Positions 19,233 to 29,249 of a stretch of DNA of 37,226 nucleotides are shown one piece after another. A program made the position numbers and the translations under genes. Source of the stretch: Methanobacteriota archaeon (GTDB lineage Archaea; Thermoplasmatota; Poseidoniia; Poseidoniales; Poseidoniaceae); assembly GCA_002689345.1 (NCBI GenBank), contig NZFU01000053.1:3169-40394 (forward strand). The letters are read 5' to 3'. Under the pieces are notes generated by a model. That model had not been told where the DNA came from, did no database searches, and worked only from the letters and a program-made list of their open reading frames with translations. Within the stretch, counting starts at the first letter, position 1, and every line of letters starts with the position of its first letter.

Positions 19233-20126
19233 TTACAAATGGCCACTAACTATTAGTGAGTCTGCAATGCTACTAGCGTGAACTCTAGCATCGTCAATAT
19301 CATCTGGCCAATCATTTCCAGCAAGGTGTAACTGACTGGCAATATCAACTTCATTACCTGGAATCATAACCCTATGCCAAATTAATTCTTCGAGCCTCAT
19401 GGTAGAAATTCCGTCCAATCTTAAAGTTGGTAATACAAGTTCACTAATTGCTGAACTTCTTTCATCGACATCCATTGTAGGCCATCCTTTAGCTAGCCTC
19501 TTGAGCATTCTCTGTGATAATCCAGGAACTATGTCTACCACAGGAGATGGCACCTCAGGTAGTGGACAGATGTCGATTGAACCCTCTGCATCCAAATGGT
19601 CTCGAAGTAGGGACATTACTGGGTCGTAGTTCGCATCAATACCTTGACGCAGCCAACAGCCGGAAATTGTCATGGAACGTTGTTTCCTTACCCTTGAACC
19701 TTCAGGTGCAAGCATCGATGAAATTGCTGCACATAATGCAACACATTCAACCGCTCCATGATGATCATTTTTTGATGACTCCAATTTGATTAGTACAGAT
19801 AGTGGTGAAATATGAATATAATTTTCAGTTATCTCCAAAGTAGATTTAGAATCCTGAAAAGGGTCGATATGAATGATTAACCCGTCAACCTCAGGTAATT
19901 CATGAACATGGTCTCGCCCAGTATGCTTTCTAGGAGGTAAGACTCTGCGACGATAGTGTAGAGCATTATCCAAAAAAGCGGCTTCTAGTTGCGCAAGAGC
20001 AAGAACACCTTCGATATCGGCAGGCGCCATTAACTGAACCAATTTAGCCGATGAAATCTTGTCGACAATATCCGCTAACTGCTCTTCGATTGAAGAAAAA
20101 ATCGGCGATTGTAGCAGATTGTTCAA
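19233..20126 (-). CDS. Degenerate DHH/RecJ-like protein (N-terminal domain only)
   Basis: ADIEGVLALAQL resembles DHH motif I (DxDG); lies directly downstream of rps15, the usual archaeal position of a RecJ-like gene; TTG start with AAGGTGA SD. Confidence 0.6.
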   Translation of the reverse strand: MNNLLQSPIFSSIEEQLADIVDKISSAKLVQLMAPADIEGVLALAQLEAAFLDNALHYRRRVLPPRKHTGRDHVHELPEVDGLIIHIDPFQDSKSTLEITENYIHISPLSVLIKLESSKNDHHGAVECVALCAAISSMLAPEGSRVRKQRSMTISGCWLRQGIDANYDPVMSLLRDHLDAEGSIDICPLPEVPSPVVDIVPGLSQRMLKRLAKGWPTMDVDERSSAISELVLPTLRLDGISTMRLEELIWHRVMIPGNEVDIASQLHLAGNDWPDDIDDARVHASSIADSLIVSGHL

Positions 20127-20181
20127 CGACTCACCTTACCTAGACACCTGGTAGGTAGTTCATCAAGTTGAGTGTGTAGTA

Positions 20182-20643
20182 TCACTCAACCATCAAGCGA
20201 AGTTGGTCACGCTTGTACTTCCAATCAGAAGCTAGGCGACCTTCGCCGATGTAATACTTAGCAAGGCGACGAATCTTAGCCTCAGTAAGTTCAAGAGAAC
20301 GCTTGTTGTGAATGTCTTTGTGGTTTCCAGAACCAATGTGCTCGATGATTCCAACAGCCTTGCGCATTAGATTCATCATATCTTCAGGATATGTTCCACC
20401 AATGTCATTCTCAGATAGAACAGCAGAGATTCTCTTACCGTCCAATACTGCGCGTACATCAGGAACTGCGTGCTGATCACGAAGAATTGTTCCAATTGAT
20501 GCTGATGAATGTCCTGTCTTTCCTAGTTCAACAATGAGTGCGGTTACCGCTGCTGCATCAGTGTTTGACCACTCTGGTGCAGATTCATTGTGTGGCTTTG
20601 TGGAACCGGACTTACCTTTCCTCTTAGCGTACATACGTGCCAT
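20182..20643 (-). CDS. rps15: 30S ribosomal protein S15 (uS15, archaeal/S13e type)
   Basis: MARMYAKRKGKSGS, IGTILRDQH, PEDMMNL, KDIHNKRSL.LTEAKIRRLAKYY; GGAGG SD. Confidence 0.97.
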   Translation of the reverse strand: MARMYAKRKGKSGSTKPHNESAPEWSNTDAAAVTALIVELGKTGHSSASIGTILRDQHAVPDVRAVLDGKRISAVLSENDIGGTYPEDMMNLMRKAVGIIEHIGSGNHKDIHNKRSLELTEAKIRRLAKYYIGEGRLASDWKYKRDQLRLMVE

Positions 20644-20715
20644 AATGGATGCCTCCGAGCATTCCGCCGACCTATCACCCATTCTTAACCGCTACGCATA
20701 GACAAAATCTGAGTT

Positions 20716-22449
20716 TCACAGTCTTTGATGCATTTTTGCGAGGCGTCCAGGAGTTCCCGACCATTCCCAAGCAGGTGCTGCCGCCCTAGCAGAACCGAGG
20801 CACTGAGAGCCTTGCATCACCAGAATATCTTCTCCAGCCTTTATCGATTCATCATAGGATTCGAGGATTGCAAGATTAACATCCCCTTTCCACTTCAGAT
20901 TTTCTTTCAGGCTTATCCGCTTGAGCGAGCCTAGTGAATCCAACATCTCGACACAGGCTTTAGAAATTGAAAATCCACCTCTTTCTGGAGCCCACATTGC
21001 AATTTGTTCATTATCTTTCAATATCTTCCAGCGAGGAAATCTACCTCGGACTTGAACCCCATCTAACCATGAATCATTCAAATGGTGAAATCTTGCAACC
21101 GAGCGGAAATTATCGATATTGATTTTTTCACCACTACGTCGTTTTACTTGCATATTGTCAAGAACACTTTGCTCGAGTCTTTGGAGAGCTTCATGATTGG
21201 TAGATGAAGCGCCCTTTCTTGTATCGATAACTGGGATGTCGCATTGATATTCCATACCTGAGTGATTAATAATTACCCTGTAGGTATTTTTTGCAACCAA
21301 AGAATCGATCATTTTTGTGACTCTATCGATTTCATCCCTAGTCCAATCTCCAGTTACGGGAATATCATAATGCCCTGCAGGCCAAACTTCTTCTAAATCT
21401 CTAGGAACAAGCCCTAGAGGTGAAGTTACAATTACTTCATGTGCGGCATTATGATTCATAGCCCTACGAAACGCCTTATGACTTCTTGAGGAAGAATATG
21501 GTTTACGCGCAGAACATGGAAGAAGTATGAGAACCTCATCTAATCCTTCGGGAGCCTTGTATTCATTAGAAATGAAATCAACCCAATCAAGAATAACTGG
21601 ATCGTCATGCGATTCCACGCTATGAATACGGAGCGCCGTGCCTTTACTCACGATTTGTGATAATATTCCATCCGAGCCTGAAATTAATTTGTCATGATTT
21701 CTCAAATGTTCCACAAGTCTTGGGCTATTCAGGGATTGAGATTGAGCCAACTCACGTAATGAATTGCTGGACATTGCAGAACGCACCTCTGCTAGAGCGG
21801 TTTTCCAATGGTCAACACCTGGCTCATTTTCCATTAGCATCCTTGGTCCATTCCAAGTCAGTACTGCACCATGTGATTCCGCTTGCTTAGAACGTGTTGT
21901 ATCAAACAAATCTATGCCAAACCAAGAAAGTACTGCACAATTATCTGGGCCACCTATACCTGGAGCCCACAGTAATGAACCAGGAAAACGACGTTTGATT
22001 ACATGTATTGCTTCTACTAGCCTACCTGGTTTGTTTGCAAGTTGAAGAGCATCTGTAAGCACTACAACATGAGGATTCAAATCTTGGTCTAATAATCCTT
22101 CATCATGATTGAGAGATTGCCAAGAAATGGGTAGTAAGTCGCCCTTTGAGGCCACTTCACCAGCATCTGCTTCATCCAAAGAAGGAGGAAGCACATGGCC
22201 TATTGAAGCAGTAAGAACTGGGCCATTCTCCTCAGACTCCCAAGGTGCAAAAGGTGCTCGAGAATTTAGTGTAATAGTCCTAGGTATTGCTCCGTCACTG
22301 GATGTCGAGAATGGAGCCCAAACAACATCCATCTCATCATCAGTAATTACCAATCCCGGGGCAAAGGAGGAAGGTGCAGACCTATCTCCTAAACTCCACA
22401 ATCTAGCAAGTCGATGACGCGCCAAGACTGTGCGACCTAAGCCTCCCAT
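20716..22449 (-). CDS. arcS: Archaeosine synthase subunit (ArcS/TgtA2 family) with C-terminal PUA-like domain
   Basis: TGT-like GIDLFDT; LLPCSARKPYSSSRSH; HEVIVTSPLGLVPRDLE..PAGHYDIPVTGDW; PUA-like C-terminus. Confidence 0.85.
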   Translation of the reverse strand: MGGLGRTVLARHRLARLWSLGDRSAPSSFAPGLVITDDEMDVVWAPFSTSSDGAIPRTITLNSRAPFAPWESEENGPVLTASIGHVLPPSLDEADAGEVASKGDLLPISWQSLNHDEGLLDQDLNPHVVVLTDALQLANKPGRLVEAIHVIKRRFPGSLLWAPGIGGPDNCAVLSWFGIDLFDTTRSKQAESHGAVLTWNGPRMLMENEPGVDHWKTALAEVRSAMSSNSLRELAQSQSLNSPRLVEHLRNHDKLISGSDGILSQIVSKGTALRIHSVESHDDPVILDWVDFISNEYKAPEGLDEVLILLPCSARKPYSSSRSHKAFRRAMNHNAAHEVIVTSPLGLVPRDLEEVWPAGHYDIPVTGDWTRDEIDRVTKMIDSLVAKNTYRVIINHSGMEYQCDIPVIDTRKGASSTNHEALQRLEQSVLDNMQVKRRSGEKINIDNFRSVARFHHLNDSWLDGVQVRGRFPRWKILKDNEQIAMWAPERGGFSISKACVEMLDSLGSLKRISLKENLKWKGDVNLAILESYDESIKAGEDILVMQGSQCLGSARAAAPAWEWSGTPGRLAKMHQRL

Positions 22450-22514
22450 GAATAGAGGCGGGAAGTACGCTGGTCTTGAATGATTTGAAGGCTGATGAGT
22501 TCACCGCACCAAGT

Positions 22515-24560
22515 ATGGGAAGGCCGATAGTATGCCTCATCACTGTCTTGATGGTCTTGCCATTAGCCTCTGCTAGTTACTCTAACACCCAGATGACTGA
22601 AGAAGGGACTGCTTGGTTTGATTGTGATGGTTCATGGGCATCTATCCATGATTCTGAGGGGATTGAATTGGTAAATGATAGTGATTTCACGATATCGCTT
22701 GATTCTGAAAACCATACAATTTATGTTGACGATATGACAAAATGTCAGGGAGTCATTCCTCTTACTGAAGAATTACCAAACTCAAGACCTATACCTGGTG
22801 AAGAGTTTTTCACGATAGGTTCCGATGTATGTCCCCAAGATGGTTACTACATGGGATGTGAAGGAGAATATACCTCTGGAGATTTGATCGATGACCCTCA
22901 GGATATATTTGCAATCAATGTTAGTGAAAATCACATGCTAGTATTGACACTGGTTGCATCATCATCTAGTATTGATGTTGAACTACATTTCCAAACAGAG
23001 AGCGAGGAACAGGCCTTGATTCAAAATTTCTCTATGGCACTGAATACCTCAATTGGTGAAAAATATGTCCAATACGTACCAATTGAAGATGATGGAAGAG
23101 TGATTGTCACAGTATCTAGCCCCCAACCAGATACAATTTGGTCGATGAGAAGTAAAATATTTGCCACTTCTGAAATTCAACCATTAACGCATCTAGATAA
23201 TATTGTGGGGGTAGGCCCTACGCCATTTGCATACGTACTTGGCCCGCATGAATCGTTAACCATTACAAAATCAATGACAAGTGATGGAACTTCTGAAGTT
23301 CCAATCAAATACCGTTATGTCTATTCTGAAAACTCGAAATCGGAATGGAATGTCATTCCTGCACCTCTCAATAGTAGAATCAATGTTATTGAGGACATAC
23401 AATTTATCGAATTCCAATGGGATTGTGAATGTGAATGGATAGCTTCAATGTCTCGTTACCGCCACTTTGATGCAGGGTGGGGAAGAGACGCACCAGGACT
23501 TAAACCAATGATGCCAACAAGTGATAATTCATCATATCCACTAATCGAAATGGATAGCCATTCCGAAGATGGTGAATTGACTCTGCATATGGGGGATTTC
23601 CAAGATGTTCTTCGTGTAGAAACTACCGGTTGGAACGAATCAACACATTTGGTTAATGTCATTGTTGAAGGGGACATATATGACCTGCAAGTGACAATTT
23701 GGAATATGGACCAAGAGACTTGGGAAATATTAGGTGAGGTCACTACAACTTATTCTATGGATAGAATCACAGCCTCACTAAATGTTGGATTGGGCACACA
23801 TTATATCAAAATCGAGCACATTAATGGCAGTGATTCTTTACTTGAAAATAATTCAGAATCTGTCAAATGGAATATTAGAATCACAACCGCAGTACTAGAT
23901 GAAGGAGATCAACCATGGTTCCCAGCATCTGATGCCGTCAAAGATGCTGCTGACTTATTCTATTGGTTGATTGGGTTAATCCTAATTTTACCATTCATAA
24001 TATTCTACATAAATGTGAAGAAGGAACAAAGATTTGCAGAAGAATTCTCTAGTCGTAAAAATCGTTTAGATTGGTTACGTTCAAAATTGGATGATGGTGA
24101 ATACTCATCTTATGATTTATCCAGAGCACTGAAAGCGGTTTCAACACTTGAATGGGAAGAAGCACTAGAGGTATGGGGCAAAGAAAGTATTCGTCACTAT
24201 ACCATGGGAATAGACATGGCTGTTTGGACATTGGATAAGCGACTTGGTGAAGATGGAACTTGGCCATTGTTAATCGGTTTGCGACCACTTGATTGTGAAT
24301 GGAGTGTCGCTGCATTGAGGTTTGAGGCGCCAGAAGGAGAAGCTTGGTCGGTATCCAAAACAGACCCGAAGATGCTTACAAGAGATGATGAAATTTTCTT
24401 AGACACAATAAATGACAATTCACGAGTATTCATCAGAATCGACCTTCAAGGAAATGCTGATGCATTAAACATCAATCTCTCCGGGATGGTAGATGGTGAA
24501 CCAATGGCTGCAAAACCAGCCAACACTATCTATCGTAGCGAAAGTAATTCCGAAGAATAA
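22515..24560 (+). CDS. Hypothetical single-pass membrane protein with acidic beta-rich (PPC-like) ectodomain and cytoplasmic domain
   Basis: Signal peptide from ATG 22515; GxL...DxQD motifs twice; TM LFYWLIGLILILPFIIFYI followed by KK. Confidence 0.75.
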   Translation: MGRPIVCLITVLMVLPLASASYSNTQMTEEGTAWFDCDGSWASIHDSEGIELVNDSDFTISLDSENHTIYVDDMTKCQGVIPLTEELPNSRPIPGEEFFTIGSDVCPQDGYYMGCEGEYTSGDLIDDPQDIFAINVSENHMLVLTLVASSSSIDVELHFQTESEEQALIQNFSMALNTSIGEKYVQYVPIEDDGRVIVTVSSPQPDTIWSMRSKIFATSEIQPLTHLDNIVGVGPTPFAYVLGPHESLTITKSMTSDGTSEVPIKYRYVYSENSKSEWNVIPAPLNSRINVIEDIQFIEFQWDCECEWIASMSRYRHFDAGWGRDAPGLKPMMPTSDNSSYPLIEMDSHSEDGELTLHMGDFQDVLRVETTGWNESTHLVNVIVEGDIYDLQVTIWNMDQETWEILGEVTTTYSMDRITASLNVGLGTHYIKIEHINGSDSLLENNSESVKWNIRITTAVLDEGDQPWFPASDAVKDAADLFYWLIGLILILPFIIFYINVKKEQRFAEEFSSRKNRLDWLRSKLDDGEYSSYDLSRALKAVSTLEWEEALEVWGKESIRHYTMGIDMAVWTLDKRLGEDGTWPLLIGLRPLDCEWSVAALRFEAPEGEAWSVSKTDPKMLTRDDEIFLDTINDNSRVFIRIDLQGNADALNINLSGMVDGEPMAAKPANTIYRSESNSEE

Positions 24561-25688
24561 TCAGCGTCGCCTTTCCTCAGCATCGTCGATTACCCTATCG
24601 ATTAAATCCTTACTTCCTGCTAAATCATCTCTCAAGTCTTCAAGAGATTTTTTGGACTTCTTATCGAATTTTTTAGGCATGTGGAGTTTGCACAAGACCA
24701 CAACATCCCCTCTCCCTAATCCACGAGCAGATGGCACACCTCTACCTAGAATGGTAATTGTATCGCCGGAATTTGTTCTTGCGGGAACTTTGATCACGAG
24801 TGGCTTATCGTCAATGTGAGGTAATTCAATCGATGTTCCAAGAGCCAAATCGCTGTATCCAAGAGGTAAGGACATTATCAAATCCATTCCATTTCTTTCG
24901 AACCATGGATGCTCTTCAACAATTATTTCGATAAATAAATCGCCAGAGGTTCCTTTACCATGAGGAGCGGGTTGACCTTTACCCCTCATTCTCAACCTCG
25001 TACCATCTTGTGCACCTTTTGGAATTGAAAACCTCAAAACTTGAGATTCGGTTTGGGTACCATCGCCGGAGCAAGATTTGCAGCGTGATGCATACTTTCG
25101 CCCAGACCCTTCACAGTGTGGGCATGCTCGAACTGAATCTTGGACAAATGGACCTATTTGCTGACGAATTCTGACCTGTCCAGCACCATCACATTCCACA
25201 CATTGAGAAGTTACTCCATCTTTAGCACCAGTTCCTTCACAATCATCACATTTTGCAGGAAGGTCCAATTCCATCTCATCTTTATTCCCATCAAGTACTG
25301 CTTTGAGACTTACTTCATGACGGACCAGAATATCATTTCCTTGACTCTGGGGTGAACGACGACGACCTCCTCCTCCAAAGAAATTCGAAAAGAAATCTCC
25401 GCCCAAAATATCATCTAAATTGATATTGAATCCTTGGAAACCACCTGGTCCGAATGGAGAACCTCCCGGGGAGTTATGTCCAAAACGGTCGTAACTTCTA
25501 CGCTTTTCTGAATCTGAAAGAACAGCATATGCTTCTTGAATTTCCTTGAACTTTTCATCTGCATCTGGTGCATCGTTTTTGTCAGGATGGTACTTTCGAG
25601 CTAGTGACCTGAAGGCTTTTTTCAAATCCTTTTCATCAGCATCTTTCGAAACTCCGAGAACCTCATAGTAGTCTCTCTTATCAGACAC
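24561..25688 (-). CDS. dnaJ: Chaperone DnaJ
   Basis: [15 protein letters not shown]-rich linker, four CxxCxGxG repeats, C-terminal domain; GTG start after GAGGTG SD. Confidence 0.96.
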   Translation of the reverse strand: MSDKRDYYEVLGVSKDADEKDLKKAFRSLARKYHPDKNDAPDADEKFKEIQEAYAVLSDSEKRRSYDRFGHNSPGGSPFGPGGFQGFNINLDDILGGDFFSNFFGGGGRRRSPQSQGNDILVRHEVSLKAVLDGNKDEMELDLPAKCDDCEGTGAKDGVTSQCVECDGAGQVRIRQQIGPFVQDSVRACPHCEGSGRKYASRCKSCSGDGTQTESQVLRFSIPKGAQDGTRLRMRGKGQPAPHGKGTSGDLFIEIIVEEHPWFERNGMDLIMSLPLGYSDLALGTSIELPHIDDKPLVIKVPARTNSGDTITILGRGVPSARGLGRGDVVVLCKLHMPKKFDKKSKKSLEDLRDDLAGSKDLIDRVIDDAEERRR

Positions 25689-25741
25689 ATTGACACCTCG
25701 AACAAAACATGGGGAGCGGTCGGGGTTATTCAGTACAACGC

Positions 25742-26665
25742 TCAAATATCGCTACCACAATTTGAGCAAAATCTTTCTCCAACGGGGTTGGAAAAGCCAC
25801 ACACCTTACAAGATGGCTGAGGTGAAAAACCGGATTGTGAAGCGGTAGTTACCCCTGTTGGCGCCGCTGTACCAAAAGCCATTTGTTCAATCGATAATTC
25901 TCTCATAATAGGCGCACTTACCTGATTGGTTTCATCATCGATAGTAATACTTTCAGCGCCAGCATCTGTGAGAGAAACCATTTCCATAGGCACGATTTTT
26001 TTCTCTTCCGATTCAATTGGTTGAATAGGAGCGATTGGACGCTGCGCAATCACTGGAGAAACGCTACTTCGGGCATTAAGAGTTGCACTTTTCTTGGCAT
26101 CCCTTTCGGCCTTGCCGTCCCTGCCTAGTAAAGATGAAATCCAATCGAGAAAGTTATCCATCGGTGAGTTTTTTCTAACTGCACCAATTGTGGAATTGGC
26201 ACTTCCGTCCTCGAATTGCTCATCGCCTGAAACCCTAGCTTGTGCACGACGTACATGCTCTGAATCAATTAGCATCTCGACTTCGACTTCTGAATCGATC
26301 TCGTTATCTCCAGGAGTAGATACTCCGCCCATAACACCGCCTACTTGACCCTTCAAATTGGCTTCTGCCTCATCTGAAAGTTGAGTGTCCATATGAATGT
26401 CCTTCTCCCATACACCCCTCTCTTCTGCTTTGAAATGGCCTCCAACTGATTTTACAGCCCTGCTACGTTGCCATTCATGGTCACGAACGATTCGTGTTTT
26501 CCTGAAAAGTACGATTCCAATTCCTAAACAAACAACGTGTAGCGACATATCAAGCACAGGTGATACAGACATCATTTCACCTAGAGGCGTTACGAGAAAA
26601 CGTAATGCATTAAGCACCAAAATAGGTGTTAGCAAAAGAATTACCGAGGTCATTTGTCTTGCCAT
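25742..26665 (-). CDS. Membrane protein (2 N-terminal TMs) with C-terminal zinc ribbon
   Basis: Two hydrophobic segments; [19 protein letters not shown] at the C-terminus. Confidence 0.8.
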   Translation of the reverse strand: MARQMTSVILLLTPILVLNALRFLVTPLGEMMSVSPVLDMSLHVVCLGIGIVLFRKTRIVRDHEWQRSRAVKSVGGHFKAEERGVWEKDIHMDTQLSDEAEANLKGQVGGVMGGVSTPGDNEIDSEVEVEMLIDSEHVRRAQARVSGDEQFEDGSANSTIGAVRKNSPMDNFLDWISSLLGRDGKAERDAKKSATLNARSSVSPVIAQRPIAPIQPIESEEKKIVPMEMVSLTDAGAESITIDDETNQVSAPIMRELSIEQMAFGTAAPTGVTTASQSGFSPQPSCKVCGFSNPVGERFCSNCGSDI

Positions 26666-26706
26666 CTAAACATTCCTTCTGTATTTCACCAATGAAGGTT
26701 TGCGCA

Positions 26707-27681
26707 TCATGAGCGGTCACTCGGAGCCCTACCCGTACGTATTAGGCCGTCAAACAAACCTATTGTGAATGCAGTGTGTAAAATTATCAAACACAGTGGA
26801 ATTCCGAGCACTGCGCTGAGGTTGGAACCTTTTGGCCGATAGAATAATCCCATCAATAACAGGGCTACCCCATATGCAGCAGGAGCCCACCACCATTGCT
26901 TTAGGGTGAAAATCAATATCAGACCGACTATAGGTAGGAATTCTCTAACGTCCAATCGTTTAGGGTGTTTCATAATGACCTTAGTTCTCCAAAAACCATA
27001 ACGATGGCTCATTTTCCACCAATTGCCAAGAGTAGATCTCTTGTGCATGTAAACACACGAAACATCAGAGCGCCATAACTGCCATCCTTTGGCTAACATC
27101 CTCATCGACAGATCACTATCTTGGCTTGTGATGAATCTCTCGTCCCATCCACCTACCGATCTCAAGGCCTCAACTCGATGTAGACAAAACGCAGGAACTT
27201 TGGTTGGCTGACGACCTTTGAACTGCTTGAATTGGCCGCCACCTGAACCAATAGGAGATGATAGCGCACCCTCTACCCACTGTGAGACTGTATTTTTTGA
27301 ATCACCTGATTTAGTTAAGCAACCGATTGCTCCAACCTTTGAGCCAAGATGTTCTTCTAATTCTAGCATATCTTTGACTCTCTTTTCCAAGTGGTCAGAA
27401 TCAATCCAAGAGTGCCCAATAATTTCGAAACAATGAGTGATCCCCTCACCAATATGTTCCAGTGCTAGATTTCTTCCTTGGGAAACCCTCTTTCCTGGAT
27501 TATTTACCACCTTGATAGAATCCCCATAGGATTCAAGGATTGCAAGAGTGTTATCACTAGAGCCTCCATCCATAACTAAAATGTCCAATGACATTGTTTG
27601 AGCAAGTAGACTATCGATACATCGATTGATGAATCGCTCTTCATTTAGAACGGGTACTACTGCGCAAACCCGAACCTCCAT
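26707..27681 (-). CDS. Family 2 glycosyltransferase (ExoA-like) with C-terminal TMs
   Basis: VVPVLNEE, DGGSSDNT, GRNLAL, VGGWDE...QDSDL.R; hydrophobic C-terminus. Start placed at ATG 27681 (track 27738). Confidence 0.88.
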   Translation of the reverse strand: MEVRVCAVVPVLNEERFINRCIDSLLAQTMSLDILVMDGGSSDNTLAILESYGDSIKVVNNPGKRVSQGRNLALEHIGEGITHCFEIIGHSWIDSDHLEKRVKDMLELEEHLGSKVGAIGCLTKSGDSKNTVSQWVEGALSSPIGSGGGQFKQFKGRQPTKVPAFCLHRVEALRSVGGWDERFITSQDSDLSMRMLAKGWQLWRSDVSCVYMHKRSTLGNWWKMSHRYGFWRTKVIMKHPKRLDVREFLPIVGLILIFTLKQWWWAPAAYGVALLLMGLFYRPKGSNLSAVLGIPLCLIILHTAFTIGLFDGLIRTGRAPSDRS

Positions 27682-27756
27682 ATTGCGCTCTGTTTCGCTA
27701 AAGAATGTCAAGGTTGGCCTGTCAACTTCATTGACCATGGCCTTCTGGGGTGTAAT

Positions 27757-28263
27757 ATGGAGAGACTCAAACTTACAGGAATCGATGAAGGATTGTCTGT
27801 ATTAGTCTCAACTAAATTATCGGGAGCTGACCAGCCTGAACTTGTTCTTGATGCAGTATTGAGACTGTTTCCAGAATTTACTTGTGGCCTTCCAGATAAG
27901 CCAACATTCCCTTCGATGCAAGATGACATCTTAGCAGCAGAAGGAGTTAGTCTTGGTGAATTCCTAGATACGATTCACAAGCAGGCTATCCTCGATACCT
28001 CGCTTGATTTCATGTCAGCCAATTTAGATGACACTGGCACGATATTTCAGATTTCACGACAAGCTGCAATGGTAGGTAAAGTGGCATTCCCTCTGCCCGG
28101 AGATAACCCATTGGGAGGAGTTATCACAGTAGAAATCGGTGGTGAAAATCTTGAGGATTGGCTTGAAGCCGCTACTTGGCACAGAGGAAGAGAGGATATC
28201 CCTCGTCGTATAGGTGATGAATTCACTATGGATGATAAGGGTGAAGCGGTAACCTGGCACTAA
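27757..28263 (+). CDS. DUF54/COG1931-like archaeal putative RNA-binding protein
   Basis: V.dAV.rLFP, QAILDT, SRQAAMVGKV, PLGGVITV pattern recalled for this family. Confidence 0.65.
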   Translation: MERLKLTGIDEGLSVLVSTKLSGADQPELVLDAVLRLFPEFTCGLPDKPTFPSMQDDILAAEGVSLGEFLDTIHKQAILDTSLDFMSANLDDTGTIFQISRQAAMVGKVAFPLPGDNPLGGVITVEIGGENLEDWLEAATWHRGREDIPRRIGDEFTMDDKGEAVTWH

Positions 28264-29173
28264 TCGCTTCTGCAATCTCTTGGTCAGGCCCTAACCAACT
28301 AACTTCGTTTGGCCCATCACACCACTGGGTCTTGTCGTGAACATGCAGTTTCATTTCACCATCAACGATGTGGCATTCCAAAACATGAAGTCTTACAACT
28401 ACATCATCGTGATCAAAAATCCATGTACCAATTAATTCACCAGTTGTAACTTCTAATTCTAATTCCTCTTTTATCTCACGCACTAAACATGCTGCAGCAT
28501 CTTCTCCTGGCTCAAATTTACCACCTGGAAATTCCCACCATCCTGCATGTTTCTCATTTGGAGCTCTGCGGGCTGCTAGAAATTTTCCATTGTGAATAAT
28601 AGCGCCTGCGCCAACATCGATACAAGGTGGTCTAAGCATCCTATCTAGACATTGTAAAACCAATCCTTTAGCATCGCTTTGTTTTGGTGGAAGGTGAAGA
28701 AAGAAGCAAGGAGTGTTATCTTTAATTCTTGAAAGTGTGTGGTATAATGTTTCATTGCAAACAAATTCCCCAGCATCATTGCTAATTATTGGCGAATCTA
28801 CCATTCTCTCAATATCCCAATCTTCGGGCTTAATAGTTGAAAATAAGTCACCATTTCCACTGATTGTTTTATTGATAATTTTACGTCCTGAGTTATCCGG
28901 TATTCGGAAATCAAGTATATCCCTAGCCCTTATTTCAATACGAGGAGATGTGGAATTTTCTGCTAGCCCCAAATGAATGATTGCAGCAAACTTTCGTTCA
29001 GTAATTAATTTAGAAACTGTCGTAGCACCATCATTATTGACAGGTAATACAAGAGTTTCAATTACATTCCCTCGTACATTTTTACCAGATATTTCGCTAG
29101 CGACAATACCTGAAATATTGGTTTCATGCTTACCGAAAGCCTCGAAACCCGTGACAAGTACTGACGCCCCCAT
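28226..29173 (-). CDS. Pyroglutamyl-peptidase I (C15) fused to MutT-like NUDIX hydrolase
   Basis: VLVTGFEAFG..N, HLGLA, RIE, IPDNSG, SNDAGEFVCN, FLHLP; then WEFPGGKFEPGE...REIKEEL Nudix box. Confidence 0.9.
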   Translation of the reverse strand: MGASVLVTGFEAFGKHETNISGIVASEISGKNVRGNVIETLVLPVNNDGATTVSKLITERKFAAIIHLGLAENSTSPRIEIRARDILDFRIPDNSGRKIINKTISGNGDLFSTIKPEDWDIERMVDSPIISNDAGEFVCNETLYHTLSRIKDNTPCFFLHLPPKQSDAKGLVLQCLDRMLRPPCIDVGAGAIIHNGKFLAARRAPNEKHAGWWEFPGGKFEPGEDAAACLVREIKEELELEVTTGELIGTWIFDHDDVVVRLHVLECHIVDGEMKLHVHDKTQWCDGPNEVSWLGPDQEIAEAISARLPLHPYHP

Positions 29174-29249
29174 AACTATGGTTCAGAACTCCACTTTGAT
29201 GAGCATTTGCGTCGCCACATTGACAAGTATTCACTTGTACGACACACTG

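Noticed and set aside
18557-19246. 229-aa minus-strand ORF
   Set aside because: Antisense to the hydrophobic C-terminal part of the 17202-19232 gene; no motifs.
19755-19770. Literal DHH tripeptide (KNDHHG) as evidence of an active DHH nuclease
   Set aside because: By eye it lies downstream of where motif III is expected and the other motifs are degraded; probably coincidental, though a structural alignment is needed.
27706-29225. TTGACA hexamers as bacterial sigma70 -35 elements
   Set aside because: Archaeal gene content, no matching -10 element, and the position coincides with the TTSA box.
28977-29249. N-terminal extension of the 203-aa ORF (and similar extensions at 7017, 14700, 20682, 25745, 30849)
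   Set aside because: They overlap neighbouring genes or promoter space; downstream starts fit SD motifs or family N-termini.
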